Origin: Acidobacteriota bacterium
Lineage (GTDB): Bacteria; Acidobacteriota; UBA890; WLXD01
Assembly: GCA_965205505.1 (NCBI GenBank)
Contig: CBDBHB010000009.1
Span: 768,001-832,000 of the forward strand
Reading direction: 5' to 3'
DNA length: 64,000 nt
Shown one piece after another: positions 20,921-31,292 of the stretch. A model generated the notes under the pieces. The model was given only the letters and a program-made list of their open reading frames with translations. It was not told the DNA's origin and did not search any database. How positions within the stretch are numbered: position 1 is the first letter of the stretch; each line of letters opens with the position of its first letter. A program made the translations under genes and the position numbers.

Positions 20921-20986
20921 GGCCTGGCCCCGCCATGAGCCACCGAGTGCACTGCCGCGCGACATGACCCGGCGTGCGGATCTCGT

Positions 20987-21054
20987 CCATGATATGCCAG
21001 TTATCATAAGAAATGTCATGAAATCTATTTCGTGACATTCTTGATATATCATGG
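20987..21054. promoter_or_regulatory. Nested inverted repeats upstream of the TA operon (autoregulatory operator)
   Basis: AATGTCATGAAAT-CT-ATTTCGTGACATT (21012-21039) nested inside CCATGATAT/ATATCATGG, in an AT-rich promoter. Confidence 0.6.
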
Positions 21055-21058
21055 GGAT

Positions 21059-21355
21059 ATGAGCGACTCGGTTACGAAGATCGGAAAGGGTGGCCGCGTG
21101 GTCATCCCTTCAAGACATCGGAAGGCGCTGGGAATCGAAGAGGGGCAACAGGTCATCGTGAGCCTCGATCGTGACGGAATCTGGATCAGAACTCCCGAGC
21201 AAGCAGTGGCACACGCTCAAAGTCTGGTGCGTGAGCATGTTGGCAAGGGCAAGAGCCTTGTCGACGAGTTGCTCCGTGAGCGCCGCCGCGAGGCGCTTGG
21301 TGACGATGCGTCAGACGTCCCGCGTCCGCGGTCGGATAACTCGCGTCGGCGATGA
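21059..21355 (+). CDS. vapB: AbrB/MazE/SpoVT family antitoxin
   Basis: KIGKGGRVVIPSRHRKALGIEEG AbrB motif and SLVDELLRERR; overlaps the toxin start. Confidence 0.88.
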   Translation: MSDSVTKIGKGGRVVIPSRHRKALGIEEGQQVIVSLDRDGIWIRTPEQAVAHAQSLVREHVGKGKSLVDELLRERRREALGDDASDVPRPRSDNSRRR

Positions 21356-21735
21356 GCTCGCCGGTCTTGGACGCCTCGGCGGTGCTTGCGTTGCTCAACG
21401 ACGAACCCGGTGCTCACGAGGTGGCGAACACGCTTCCGGGGGCCCTGCTGTCGACGGTGAATCTCGCCGAGGTCGCTGGCAAGCTCGTCGACCACGGGAT
21501 GGCGGACAACGCGCTACGAGCGGCGCTAGGTGGGCTGGGGCTCCGTATCGTGAAGTTCGACGAGGAGCTGGCGTACCGGGCGGGCTCACTCCGGCGTTCG
21601 ACGCGCCGTGCGGGCCTGGCCCTCGGCGATCGGGCCTGTCTATCGGTTGGCCAGGAGCTGGAGTGCACCGTCCTGACCGCAGATCGGCGTTGGTCCGAGC
21701 TGGATCTCGGGATCGATATCCGGGTTATTCGCTAG
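21352..21735 (+). CDS. vapC: VapC PIN-domain toxin
   Basis: VLDASAVLA, STVNLAEV, GLALGDRACL and VLTADRRW motifs. Confidence 0.92.
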   Translation: MSSPVLDASAVLALLNDEPGAHEVANTLPGALLSTVNLAEVAGKLVDHGMADNALRAALGGLGLRIVKFDEELAYRAGSLRRSTRRAGLALGDRACLSVGQELECTVLTADRRWSELDLGIDIRVIR

Positions 21736-21776
21736 CCGCTTTTCCCGTCGGTGCCGCCGACGCTGCTGGGCGTCAA

Positions 21777-22283
21777 TTATCGATCTTCGGGGTTATCTGA
21801 CCGCGCCGCGTTATCGAGCTCGATGAGGCGCTCCTCGATGCCGACATCCTTGGAGACCGGCTCGCCGAGGATGCGGTGCTCCATCGACTCCAAAGCGCGG
21901 GCTGCCAGTCGGTCGCGCACCCGCTCGATGTGGGCGGTGCTCTGGTGCGCCGAGAACAGCCGCTTCTCCAGGTTGGCAAGAGCGATCTCAGCGTTCCAGC
22001 GTTGGCTTGGCCACCGGAGCAACAGGTCTCGACCTGCGGCCGCGAGCACGACGGTCATCCCGACGAAGATCCACAAGACTGCAGCCAGCGCGATGTCGAC
22101 TGCTCCGCCGTCGAAGGGCGCCCGGGTGGCCGACCACACGATGCGGAATCCACTGAGTGCCGCATAGAGCAGCGCCGCGATCGCGATGATCGCCCAGGCG
22201 ACGAAGGTGCTCATCAGCACGCAGGCAGTCTTCGGGCCAGCCTCCGCAAGGTAGTGCTCGACCAAACGTCTGAGAGCCATCAT
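21777..22283 (-). CDS. Hypothetical membrane protein
   Basis: Two hydrophobic segments and a charged helical tail; no family recognised. Confidence 0.5.
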   Translation of the reverse strand: MMALRRLVEHYLAEAGPKTACVLMSTFVAWAIIAIAALLYAALSGFRIVWSATRAPFDGGAVDIALAAVLWIFVGMTVVLAAAGRDLLLRWPSQRWNAEIALANLEKRLFSAHQSTAHIERVRDRLAARALESMEHRILGEPVSKDVGIEERLIELDNAARSDNPEDR

Positions 22284-22426
22284 GGTCGGGCTACTTTTAT
22301 CCCCTCGATGGGCCAGAACAAGCCCTGGCGGCGCGATGGCCTGTGGAATGAAAGCTCCGCCTCGGTTGGCTAAGAACGCGAGTCCCCGCCGACCGACGAA
22401 GGACGAGGTACCGAACGGAGGCCGAC

Positions 22427-22705
22427 GTGATGGCGCAGTCTGCATCAACCACTCGAGCTCGAATCACTCTCGCACTGGGCGCGCTGGGGCTCATGCTCGC
22501 CTTTACTGCCTCATCGTTGGCACAGCGACCTCCGGGCGGAGGGTTGCACTTCGGTCCGGTGACCGACGCTCAGTATCGCGACGGTGGCCAGTTCAACGCC
22601 GATGCGGTCGAGCTCGGTCGACTGCTGTTTTTCGACCAGATTCTCAGCGGCAACGGCAATATCTCGTGCGCTACCTGCCACAACCCTGCCACCACGGCCT
22701 GCTAA
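22427..22705 (+). pseudogene. Di-heme cytochrome c peroxidase/MauG N-terminal fragment
   Basis: Signal peptide followed by VELGRLLFFDQILSGNGNISCATCHNP, then a stop within a few codons. Confidence 0.85.
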
Positions 22706-22834
22706 GGCTGCTCCACGGCGGGGCGTCTCGTGAACCGACTGCGCGCGGTTTTGCGGGGCGCCCCGTTGCTTGCTCCCCGAATCGCGGGTACATTCGCGAG
22801 CCGATTGCTAACTCGCTACGCGGAGGGCTCCGGA

Positions 22835-24622
22835 ATGTCGACGATGGGGGCGCGAGCGGCATCGGTCACGATGCTGGCGAGCGCGTTACTGACTGCTGGA
22901 GCACAAGGCCAGTCCGGGTCTCGGGAGGGCGCCACCATCGTTGCCCGCGAGGGCGAACGTTACTGGGAGCATGTGGTCGAGCGCAGCCTCTACCAGCGCC
23001 TGACGCTCGGGTTGCCGATCGAATCGCTCGACTATCCGACCGCGGCCGCCGCTGAGCGCTCGGCCGCCTTCGCCCGTTCGTTGCTACAGCGGCTCGATGC
23101 GGTGGATGTCGCGGCGCTATCGCACGCGGATGTTCTCAACCTCGAGACGCTGCGCTGGTTAGCTCAAAGTCTCGCCGACTCGGCGCCGTTCTATTGGTTT
23201 GGATTCGAGGTCACGCCCTACTCCTCGCCCCTGCCTGAGCTGCGACAGGCGCTGCTGTCCCGGCCGCTGGCGACACGGGAGGGCCGGGATCGATATCTGA
23301 GGCTGCTCGACGAGGCCGTGGAGTTCATCGACTCGTTGCATGCACGGCTCCGCGGGCAGGCGAATCGGGGGATTCGCGTACCGTTGCCCGAGCTCGACAC
23401 GGTGGTTCCGTTCGTCTCGGCGATGATCTCTGAGGGGTCGAGCAGCCCGTTCGGTGTTCACCGGGATCGGCTCGCTACCGTAGATGACGCCGAGTCCGAC
23501 GCGTTCCTCGCCGCGGTGGACGTCGGTATCGTCGAAGCGAATCGGGCGCTCCGTGAGATCGTCGAGCTGGTGGATGGAGCCGAGTACCGCAACGCGGCGC
23601 CGGTGGGGGTTGGGGCCTGGCAGTTTCCTGGCGGCGAAGATTGGTACCGGCACTCGGTGCGCCAGCGTACGACGCTCGACATAACGCCCGAGGAGGTTCA
23701 CGAGATCGGCGTCGAAGAGGTCGCGCGCATCGACTCGACAATGGCCACGCTACGCGACGATCTGGGCTATGAGAGCACCAAAGCCGACTTTCTCAGCTTT
23801 CTCAGGCCCGATCCGCGCTTCTTCCCCGAGACACCACAGCAGATCCATGACGTGTTGATGGGCTACGCCAATGAGATGGAGGACCAGCTGGACTCGATGT
23901 TCCTGCGTCGTCCCGAGGCGCCGTATGGGGTCAAGCGCCTCGAGCCGGAGCGTGGGCCCGGCATGACCTTCGGAACCTACGAGGTACCTACTCCCGCCGA
24001 GCCGACCGGCTACTACCGATACAACGGCTCCCAGCTCGACGAGCGCTCGATGCTCTTCTTCCAGGCGCTCACCTACCATGAGCTCGTGCCCGGCCACCAT
24101 TTCCAGATGAGCTTGCAGGCGGAGAACGCCGGACTGCCCGACTTCCGTCGCTTCTCGTCGTTCGACGCGTTCACCGAGGGATGGGGTGACTACGCCTCGT
24201 CGCTAGGGATCGAGGCCGGGCTCTACGATGACCCCTACGATGCCTACGGTCGCCATTCGATGGACATGTTCATCTCCGTGCGACTCGTGGTCGACACCAA
24301 CGGAATGAACCTACTCCGCTGGCCGCGCGCGCGTGCCACCCGGTACATGCTCGACAACGTGATCGAATCGGAGACACAGATCGCCAGCGAGACACTGCGT
24401 TACGCGGTCGACATGCCCGGCCAGGCGCTGGCCTACAAGGTGGGATCCCAGCTTTTCTGGGATCTGCGCCGCCGCGCCGAGCAAGCGCTGGGCGACCGCT
24501 TCGATCTGGCGCGTTTCCACGACGCGATCCTGAGTCAGGGCTCCATGCCGTTGCAGGTGCTCGAGCAGCATGTCGCCTGGTTCATCGAGCAGGAGCAGGG
24601 CGAGGGCGGCGCGATTGAATAG
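22835..24622 (+). CDS. DUF885 family protein
   Basis: TPEEVHEIG, LTYHELVPGHHFQ, AFTEGWGDY, RLVVDT and PGQALAYKVG motifs. Confidence 0.92.
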   Translation: MSTMGARAASVTMLASALLTAGAQGQSGSREGATIVAREGERYWEHVVERSLYQRLTLGLPIESLDYPTAAAAERSAAFARSLLQRLDAVDVAALSHADVLNLETLRWLAQSLADSAPFYWFGFEVTPYSSPLPELRQALLSRPLATREGRDRYLRLLDEAVEFIDSLHARLRGQANRGIRVPLPELDTVVPFVSAMISEGSSSPFGVHRDRLATVDDAESDAFLAAVDVGIVEANRALREIVELVDGAEYRNAAPVGVGAWQFPGGEDWYRHSVRQRTTLDITPEEVHEIGVEEVARIDSTMATLRDDLGYESTKADFLSFLRPDPRFFPETPQQIHDVLMGYANEMEDQLDSMFLRRPEAPYGVKRLEPERGPGMTFGTYEVPTPAEPTGYYRYNGSQLDERSMLFFQALTYHELVPGHHFQMSLQAENAGLPDFRRFSSFDAFTEGWGDYASSLGIEAGLYDDPYDAYGRHSMDMFISVRLVVDTNGMNLLRWPRARATRYMLDNVIESETQIASETLRYAVDMPGQALAYKVGSQLFWDLRRRAEQALGDRFDLARFHDAILSQGSMPLQVLEQHVAWFIEQEQGEGGAIE

Positions 24623-24705
24623 GACCCTTTGCAGAGCCGCTATGGGGTGTTGCCAGAGCCGGGCGCGCCGGCGAAGCTAACCGAAAACGAGCCGCGAGGA
24701 AGCAG

Positions 24706-25689
24706 ATGACCGCTACCCATGCCATACGAATCCACGAGTACGGCGGACCGGAGGTGCTTACCTGGGAGGAGGTCGAGCTTCCCGAGGTCGGTCCTGGCGA
24801 GGCGCTTGTTCGGCATACGGCGATCGGGCTGAACTATATCGATACCTATCATCGATCGGGCCTCTATCCGGTTGCTGAGCTACCGGCCGTGCTTGGGGTC
24901 GAGGCGGCGGGCATCGTCGAGGCGGTCGGCGAGGGCGTAGAGCACATCGCAGTGGGTGATCGGGTAGCGGAGGGAACCGCGTCGGGCGCCTACAGCGAGC
25001 GCCGCGTGTTGGCGGCCGAGCACCTCGTCAAGCTGCCGGCCGATGTCGATGACGAGCAGGCGGCAGCGATCATGCTCAAGGGCTTGACCGCTCGCATGTT
25101 GTTGCGCCAGACGTACTGTGTCGAGCCTGGCGACACGGTGCTGGTTCACGCTGCCGCCGGTGGCGTTGGCACCATTCTCTGTCCCTGGGCCAAGGCGCTC
25201 GGGGCCACCGTCATCGGCACCGCCGGCACCGATGAGAAAGCGGCAATGGCGGCGGCGAACGGCTGTGACCACACCATCGTCTACACGCGTGAGAGCTTCG
25301 CCGAGCGCGTTGCCGACATCACCGAAGGGAACGGCGTCCAGGTGGTCTACGACGGTGTCGGCAAGGTGACCTTCGACGAGTCGCTCGAATGCCTGGCACA
25401 CAACGGACTAATGGCGAGCTTCGGAAACGCGTCGGGGGCTGTCGAGCCGTTCAGCATCCTGCGGCTGCTTCCCAAGGGTCTCTACCTGGCGCGCCCGTCG
25501 ATGTCCAGCGAGATCATTCCGGGCGAGGGGCTACGTCCTGCCGCCACCGAGCTATTCACTGCGGTTGCCGACGGCATAGTCACCCCCACCATCGGGGTGC
25601 GATTCCCGCTGGCGGAGGTCGCCGCCGCCCACCGGTCGCTGGAGTCACGCGGCACGACCGGCTCGACTGTCCTGCTGCCGCATCTCTGA
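24706..25689 (+). CDS. qor: NADPH:quinone oxidoreductase (zeta-crystallin family)
   Basis: GGPEVL, GLNYIDTYHRSG, VHAAAGGVG, VVYDGVGK and TTGSTVL motifs. Confidence 0.93.
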   Translation: MTATHAIRIHEYGGPEVLTWEEVELPEVGPGEALVRHTAIGLNYIDTYHRSGLYPVAELPAVLGVEAAGIVEAVGEGVEHIAVGDRVAEGTASGAYSERRVLAAEHLVKLPADVDDEQAAAIMLKGLTARMLLRQTYCVEPGDTVLVHAAAGGVGTILCPWAKALGATVIGTAGTDEKAAMAAANGCDHTIVYTRESFAERVADITEGNGVQVVYDGVGKVTFDESLECLAHNGLMASFGNASGAVEPFSILRLLPKGLYLARPSMSSEIIPGEGLRPAATELFTAVADGIVTPTIGVRFPLAEVAAAHRSLESRGTTGSTVLLPHL

Positions 25690-25795
25690 GCGAGCGCGCC
25701 GCTGCAGGGTGGAGATGGGCTGGCCCCTCTCGCCACCACCGTGTAGATGGGGCCAACGATGTCGGCCACTGTCTTGGTGACGGTTGCGCATCATA

Positions 25796-25817
25796 AGTAT
25801 GATGAAATATACATACT
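25796..25817. promoter_or_regulatory. Candidate TA operator
   Basis: AGTATG-N10-CATACT inverted repeat in an AT-rich segment upstream of the antitoxin. Confidence 0.45.
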
Positions 25818-25855
25818 AACTATTCTTATTCCGTGTGCGACCAACTGAGGCTCCC

Positions 25856-26071
25856 ATGCGAAAGAAGCGCATCACGGTAACCGTCGACCCGGATATCGCC
25901 GACTACCTGGACTCGGTGCCCAACAAGAGCCGGGTCGTTTCCGAGGCGGTGCGAAGCTACAGCACTGCAGAGCTCGAGCTCCAGCTCCAAGACGCGTATC
26001 GCAGAGACCACGAGGACGCCTCCCGGCTCGCCGCGGAATGGGAGCCGGCTGACGCCGCGGTCGAGGAATGA
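25856..26071 (+). CDS. Ribbon-helix-helix antitoxin
   Basis: KKRITVTVD...NKSRVVSEAV, acidic tail, ATGA overlap with the toxin. Confidence 0.8.
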   Translation: MRKKRITVTVDPDIADYLDSVPNKSRVVSEAVRSYSTAELELQLQDAYRRDHEDASRLAAEWEPADAAVEE

Positions 26072-26427
26072 AGCGTGTGCTCGAGCGCGGCGACGTCGTG
26101 CTCGTCAGACTCGATCCCGCCGAAGGTAGGGAGATCCGGAAGACGCGTCCCGCCGTGTTGGTGTCGAACGGCGCCGCGTGTCGTTTCGACGCGGTGCTCC
26201 AGGTGGTCCCGGTGACGGCACTTCGCGATCGGCCCCTCCGGCCTTACGAGGCGCAGCTCGGTTCATCTCAGTGCGGGCTCGCGAAACTTTCTCGTGCGGT
26301 CGCCAATCAGCTTCGAACTGTTACCCGGCAGCGCGTCATCGATCGCCTGGGTAGGCTGACGCCGACGGAGCTCAGAGCAGTGGATCAAGCTGTCTCCATC
26401 CAGCTCGGCCTCTGGCGCGCGCCCTGA
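26068..26427 (+). CDS. mazF: PemK/MazF family toxin
   Basis: RGDVVLVRLDPAEGREIRKTRPAVLVSN and QLRTV motifs. Confidence 0.92.
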   Translation: MKRVLERGDVVLVRLDPAEGREIRKTRPAVLVSNGAACRFDAVLQVVPVTALRDRPLRPYEAQLGSSQCGLAKLSRAVANQLRTVTRQRVIDRLGRLTPTELRAVDQAVSIQLGLWRAP

Positions 26428-26432
26428 GGAGG

Positions 26433-27407
26433 CTACTTCGGTAGATACCGCTTGGGGAACTTCGCTACTACCGTGTAGATCGGGTCGACGATGTTGGCCA
26501 CCGAGCTCTCGCCGAGCTCTCCGACGAGATGGTACGCGTCCCAGCGGTCGAAGCCGTAGTCGGCTTCGAGCCACTCGATGAGCTCGACGTGGGCGAGCCG
26601 AAACGCATCGATCAGCGGCCGGGCGCTGCCGGCGACCATGATGTACTCGTCGTCCTCGAGCCGAGGCCAGTCGATACCGGTGTCCTTGATCAGGTCGATG
26701 CGCAGCACCACGTCCATCGCCGTCTCCAGCCCGGTGCCGTTGACCTCGCCCTCGCCTTGGCGGGCGTGACCGTCGCCGAAGTAGAAGTACGCGCCTTCGT
26801 GGAACACCGGTAGGTATACGGTGGTTCCCGGGGACACCTCCTGGGCGTCGAGGTTACCGCCGAAGTCGCCCGGCCAGAGGCCGGCGAATGCCTCCTCGCC
26901 ACGCGGGGCCACTGCAACCCGGCCGAGCATCGGCTTGAGGTCGATGGTGATGCCGCCGCTCTCGCTGTTGGGCAGGTCAACGGTGCCGGTCATCGCCTCG
27001 CGATCGAGCCGCCACTCATAGCGCCGAAACGGAATCGGGTCGTTGAGCAGCCGCAGCCGGGAGTCGCTAGCGAGGCCGCCGAAGCCAGGACTTATCTGCG
27101 CCCCCGCAGTGTCCATGTTGGGCATGACCTCGATGATCTCGACGACCAGCGTGTCCCCCGGCTCCGCTCCCTCGACGTAGAACGGGCCCACCTCGCCAGG
27201 GAAAGCCCCGCCGCCCGGCTCGTAGTAGGGGCCGTTGTTGGTGCGCGAGTGCAGCTCGGTGTTCGGCTGTATGAGCAGCACCGGCTCACGCACCGCGAAC
27301 GTCGGGTAACCGACGGTGGGCTCGAAGTGGACGACTTCTTGCCCCAACGCCGTAGCCGGCAACACGATTAGCAGGGCCAATAGGGTGAGCGAGACAGCGT
27401 TACGCAT
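26433..27407 (-). CDS. Acetamidase/formamidase family protein, secreted
   Basis: GPFYVEGAEPGDTL, GGNLD and FGDGHARQGEGEV motifs. Confidence 0.9.
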   Translation of the reverse strand: MRNAVSLTLLALLIVLPATALGQEVVHFEPTVGYPTFAVREPVLLIQPNTELHSRTNNGPYYEPGGGAFPGEVGPFYVEGAEPGDTLVVEIIEVMPNMDTAGAQISPGFGGLASDSRLRLLNDPIPFRRYEWRLDREAMTGTVDLPNSESGGITIDLKPMLGRVAVAPRGEEAFAGLWPGDFGGNLDAQEVSPGTTVYLPVFHEGAYFYFGDGHARQGEGEVNGTGLETAMDVVLRIDLIKDTGIDWPRLEDDEYIMVAGSARPLIDAFRLAHVELIEWLEADYGFDRWDAYHLVGELGESSVANIVDPIYTVVAKFPKRYLPK

Positions 27408-27478
27408 GGCGTTCTCCGAACGATGACTTGAGGTAGGGCTGCGGCAACGTACGTGGCGCCGAGCGAACAGTCAACAGA

Positions 27479-28683
27479 TCAGCTGCGCTGAGGTCCGATT
27501 GCGGCTCCGGAGCTCAGCATCGCCTCGATCTCGGCCTTGTCGTAGCCAGCCTCGCTCAGCACCTGCCGGGTGTGTTGTCCGAACTGCGGCGCCGGGCCGC
27601 GAACCGACGCGGGGGACTCACTCAGCTTGATCGGAGGCCCGATAGTCGGCACACGACCGGCAGTGGGGTGGTCGACATTCGTGAGCATGCCGCGTGCAAG
27701 GCTCTGCGGGTGATGCAGCGCCTCTCCCACCGAAAGCACCGGCCCTGCGGGTATGCCTGCGGCGCCCAGGGCAGCGAGCCAATCGGCGGCGCCCTGCTGC
27801 TCGAGTCGCTTCTGCACGAGATCCACGAGCACCTGGCGATGCTCGAGCCGACCGGCATTGTCGGCGAAGCGCTCGTCGTCGAGTAGCTCCGGCATTCCGA
27901 GAACCCCCGGGAGTCGCTCCCAATTCGTTTGGGTGGGTGTGCCCAGGGTGATCCAACCGTCGGCGGTGCGGAAGGCCTCGTAGGGTGCCGAAAGCGGATG
28001 CGCACTGCCCATCGGACCAGGGGACTTGCCGGTGGCGAGCGCAATGGCCGCCTGCCAGAGGGTGGTCAGGAGGCCGGCTTCAAACAGCGACGTCTCGACC
28101 TGCTGGCCGCGGCCGGTCTGGTTGCGCCGGTGTAGCGCCGAGACCACGCCAAGGGCTGCGAGGATGCCAGCGCTGATGTCAGTGAGCGGCACGCCGACCT
28201 TCACCGGCGGACGCCCCTCGCCCTCACCGGTGATGCTCATGATGCCCGAGTACCCCTGTGCGACGAGATCCAGGCCACCTTCTTCGGCCATCGGTCCGCT
28301 ACTGCCGTAGCCGGTGATACTGCAGTAGATGAGCTCCGGAAAGTCGGCCTCGAGCGACGCGTAGTCGAGGCCGAGGCGTGCCAGGCTCCCGGGACGATAG
28401 TTCTCGATCAGGACGTCGGCGTCGCCCAGCAGCCGCAGCAATACGTCGCGTCCGTCGGCACTCTTGATGTCGAGCGCGATGCCCCGCTTGTTGCGGTTGA
28501 GCATCAGGAACGCTGCCGCTTCGCCGCCCTGCTCAGGCGGTACGAACTTGCGCGTCGGGTCGCCAGTTGGACGCTCGACCTTCACCACGTCGGCCCCCAG
28601 GTCGGCAAGCATCAAGCCGCACACCGGGCCCCCATGACGTGTGCCAGCTCGATCACGCGGACGCCGTCGAGGGGGCCGCTCAT
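27479..28683 (-). pseudogene. CaiB/BaiF class III CoA transferase, 1-nt deletion near 28630
   Basis: MSGPLDGVRVIELAHVM and CGLMLADLGADVVKVE lie in different frames; adding one base restores the M-x-GPVCG motif. NRNKRG and ENYRPG motifs present. Confidence 0.88.
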
Positions 28684-29468
28684 CGACCTTCGAACTTCGG
28701 CGTGCGCTTGTCGAGGAACGCTTGAAAGCCGGTACGGTAGTCCTCGGATCCGAAGCATGCGTAGCCTTCGGCGATCTCCACGTCGGTCAGCGGTGCCGGA
28801 TCCTCGAGCCGGCGAATGAACTTCTTGTGCCAGCGATTGACCAGCGGTGCGCGGGTGACGATGAGTTCGGTCAGGGTGGCCACCTCGCTGTCGAGCTGGT
28901 CGTCGGGGACGACACGGCCCACGAGGCCGAGCGCCAGGGCCCGATCGGCGCCGAACACCTCCCCCGACAAGAGGATCTCCGATGCGGCGGCGGGGCCAAC
29001 CGTGCGTTGAAGCAGCGCCAGCTCCCCGTAGGACATGGTCAGGCCGAGCTGGTTCACTGGCACCCCGAAGCGGCTCGATTGTGCGCACACCCGCAGGTCG
29101 CAGGCCAGGGCCACCTCGAGCCCGCCGCCGACGCATACGCCGTGAATCTGGGCGACGGTCGGATGTCGGCAGGTCATGGCCGCCTCAATGCCGGCGAGCT
29201 CGATTTTGCCGTAGGCCGTGGCCCGTTCGATATCGGAGCGCTGCTCGGCGAACTCCGCCACATCGGCCCCGGCGCAGAAGGCTCGATCGCCGGCTCCGCG
29301 CACCACGATGCAGCGCACTTCGTCGTTCGCATCAAGAGCTTTGAACGCCTCGCCCAGCAGGCGCCACGACTCCTTGTCGAGCGCGTTGAGTCGCTCCGGA
29401 CGGTTCAGCGTCACCGTCGCCAGCGGCGTCGTTGCGTCGACCAGGATCTTGTCAGTCATGCGGGCCAC
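28680..29468 (-). CDS. Enoyl-CoA hydratase/isomerase
   Basis: LNRPERLNAL, AFCAGAD and GGGLEVALACDLR motifs. Confidence 0.93.
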   Translation of the reverse strand: MARMTDKILVDATTPLATVTLNRPERLNALDKESWRLLGEAFKALDANDEVRCIVVRGAGDRAFCAGADVAEFAEQRSDIERATAYGKIELAGIEAAMTCRHPTVAQIHGVCVGGGLEVALACDLRVCAQSSRFGVPVNQLGLTMSYGELALLQRTVGPAAASEILLSGEVFGADRALALGLVGRVVPDDQLDSEVATLTELIVTRAPLVNRWHKKFIRRLEDPAPLTDVEIAEGYACFGSEDYRTGFQAFLDKRTPKFEGR

Positions 29469-29478
29469 CGGTTGCGCG

Positions 29479-30768
29479 TCAGGCTGCTCCGAAGAGCAGT
29501 CGCACCAGACTGAGCGGTATGGCGGGAACGTACGTGACCAGAAGCAGCGTTACCAGCAAAGCGCCGACGAACGCGACGTTCACTTTGCTGACCTCCCAGA
29601 TGTCGGCCTTGGCCACCGAGCACGCGGTGACCAGAACCGACGCCACGGGTGGTGTTTGCTGCCCGATCCCCAGATTGAGCGTCACCACTAGCCCGAAGTG
29701 GACCGGGTCGATTCCGACGGCGTGCACCAGGGGCATGACGATCGGTACGACCAGAATGATCGCCGCCGCCGAGTGCAGGAACAGCCCGATGACCAGCAGC
29801 AGCAAGTTGAGCAGCAACAGCACCATCCAGGGGCTGTCGGTAAGCCCGGTGATCCCGGCGGCGAGCTGCTGCGGCACCTGCGCCTGGGTCAGGAAGGTAC
29901 CGAGCAGTGCCGATGTACCGACCAGCAACATGACGACGGCAGTCTGCACGCCACCCTCGAGCATGGCGCTGCGCAGGTGCATCCAGTCGAGCTCGCGATA
30001 GACGAGCCCGCCAATGAGGATCGCTGCTACCACCGCCAGCCCGGCGCCCTCGGTAGCGGTGACGAAGCCGCCGAATATGCCGCCGAGGATGATCGCCGGT
30101 AGCGACAGTGCCCACATCGCGTCACGGAAAGTCTGCCGCAGGCGTCGTAGCTCGAATGCCTCCTCGACCGGGAAGTCGTGGCGGATCGCCATGCCGTAGG
30201 CAATGCCCATCATCAACAACCCGCCGATCAAGCCCGGGATCACCCCGGCGACGAACAGCTCGATTACCGAGGTGCCCGACATCACGGCATACAAGATCAT
30301 CGGGATCGACGGCGGAATGATCACCGCCAACGTCGCCGAGGACGAGGTCACCGCCGCGGCGAACTCACGCGAGTAGCCCTTGCGCTGCATGGCCGGGATG
30401 AGGATCGAGCCCAGCGCCGCCACGTCGGCCACTGCCGATCCGGAAATCTCGGCGAAGAACAGCGAGGCGCCGATCGTCACCATCGCCAGGCCACCTCGAA
30501 CGAAGCCTAGCAATGCCGAGGCGAACGCAACCAGGCGTCGGGAGATGCCCGAGGCGTTCATGATCGCCCCTGCCAGAATGAAGAGTGGAATGGCAATGAG
30601 CGGGAACTTGGTGGTGCCGTCGAACAGCACCAGCGCGACGTTGGGCAGTATCGCCACCCCAGAAGTCGCCAGCATGGCGGCCACTGCCACCACCCCCAGC
30701 GCCACGGCGATCGGCACATTCAGGAGCACCAGCCCCACCAGCCCGACGAGCATCCAAAGCAGCGTCAC
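29479..30768 (-). CDS. dctM: TRAP large permease DctM
   Basis: LIAIPLFILAG, ISGSAVAD, IIPPSIPMILY, TATEGA and GIDPVHFG motifs. Confidence 0.94.
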   Translation of the reverse strand: MTLLWMLVGLVGLVLLNVPIAVALGVVAVAAMLATSGVAILPNVALVLFDGTTKFPLIAIPLFILAGAIMNASGISRRLVAFASALLGFVRGGLAMVTIGASLFFAEISGSAVADVAALGSILIPAMQRKGYSREFAAAVTSSSATLAVIIPPSIPMILYAVMSGTSVIELFVAGVIPGLIGGLLMMGIAYGMAIRHDFPVEEAFELRRLRQTFRDAMWALSLPAIILGGIFGGFVTATEGAGLAVVAAILIGGLVYRELDWMHLRSAMLEGGVQTAVVMLLVGTSALLGTFLTQAQVPQQLAAGITGLTDSPWMVLLLLNLLLLVIGLFLHSAAAIILVVPIVMPLVHAVGIDPVHFGLVVTLNLGIGQQTPPVASVLVTACSVAKADIWEVSKVNVAFVGALLVTLLLVTYVPAIPLSLVRLLFGAA

Positions 30769-31292
30769 GGTGCGCCTGCGGCGGACGGGCCAGATGGTGC
30801 CTCGGGTCGCGCCGAGGTGCCGAGCGACCAGGCTTCGGCGGCCGCCGACAGCTCTGCCATCACGAACAGCAGCGCGCCGATCGGTATCACCGACTGACTC
30901 AGTGCCACCGGTACCCACGGCAGCCCAACCAGGTAGGTGCCGGCCAGCGCGCGCACCACCTGGGCGCCCGAAACGGCCACCAGTAAGAAGAAGCCGATCA
31001 CGATGATCTCGCGCAACGCCCAGGCGATTTTCTGTCGGAACGGCGCCAGCCCTTGGATGAGTGTCGGGAAGCCGATGTGGCGCCCGTTCACCGCTGCCAG
31101 TGCGGCACCGTAGTAGGTCAGCCAGGCGAGGAGGATGGATGCCAGCTCGTCGTACCAGGCCAACGCCATGCCCGCCTTGCGGAAGCCCACCCCGAGCAGC
31201 ACGACGATCGCGAGGCTGCCGATGAGCCCGAGCACGATGCTCTCGAGCAGCCGCTGCAGGGCGCCACGCCAGCGCCCCAGATCAGTCGGCAC
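30765..31292 (-). CDS. dctQ: TRAP small permease DctQ
   Basis: Four TM segments and WYDELAS...WLTYYGAA...HI; lies between dctP and dctM. Confidence 0.9.
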   Translation of the reverse strand: MPTDLGRWRGALQRLLESIVLGLIGSLAIVVLLGVGFRKAGMALAWYDELASILLAWLTYYGAALAAVNGRHIGFPTLIQGLAPFRQKIAWALREIIVIGFFLLVAVSGAQVVRALAGTYLVGLPWVPVALSQSVIPIGALLFVMAELSAAAEAWSLGTSARPEAPSGPSAAGAP

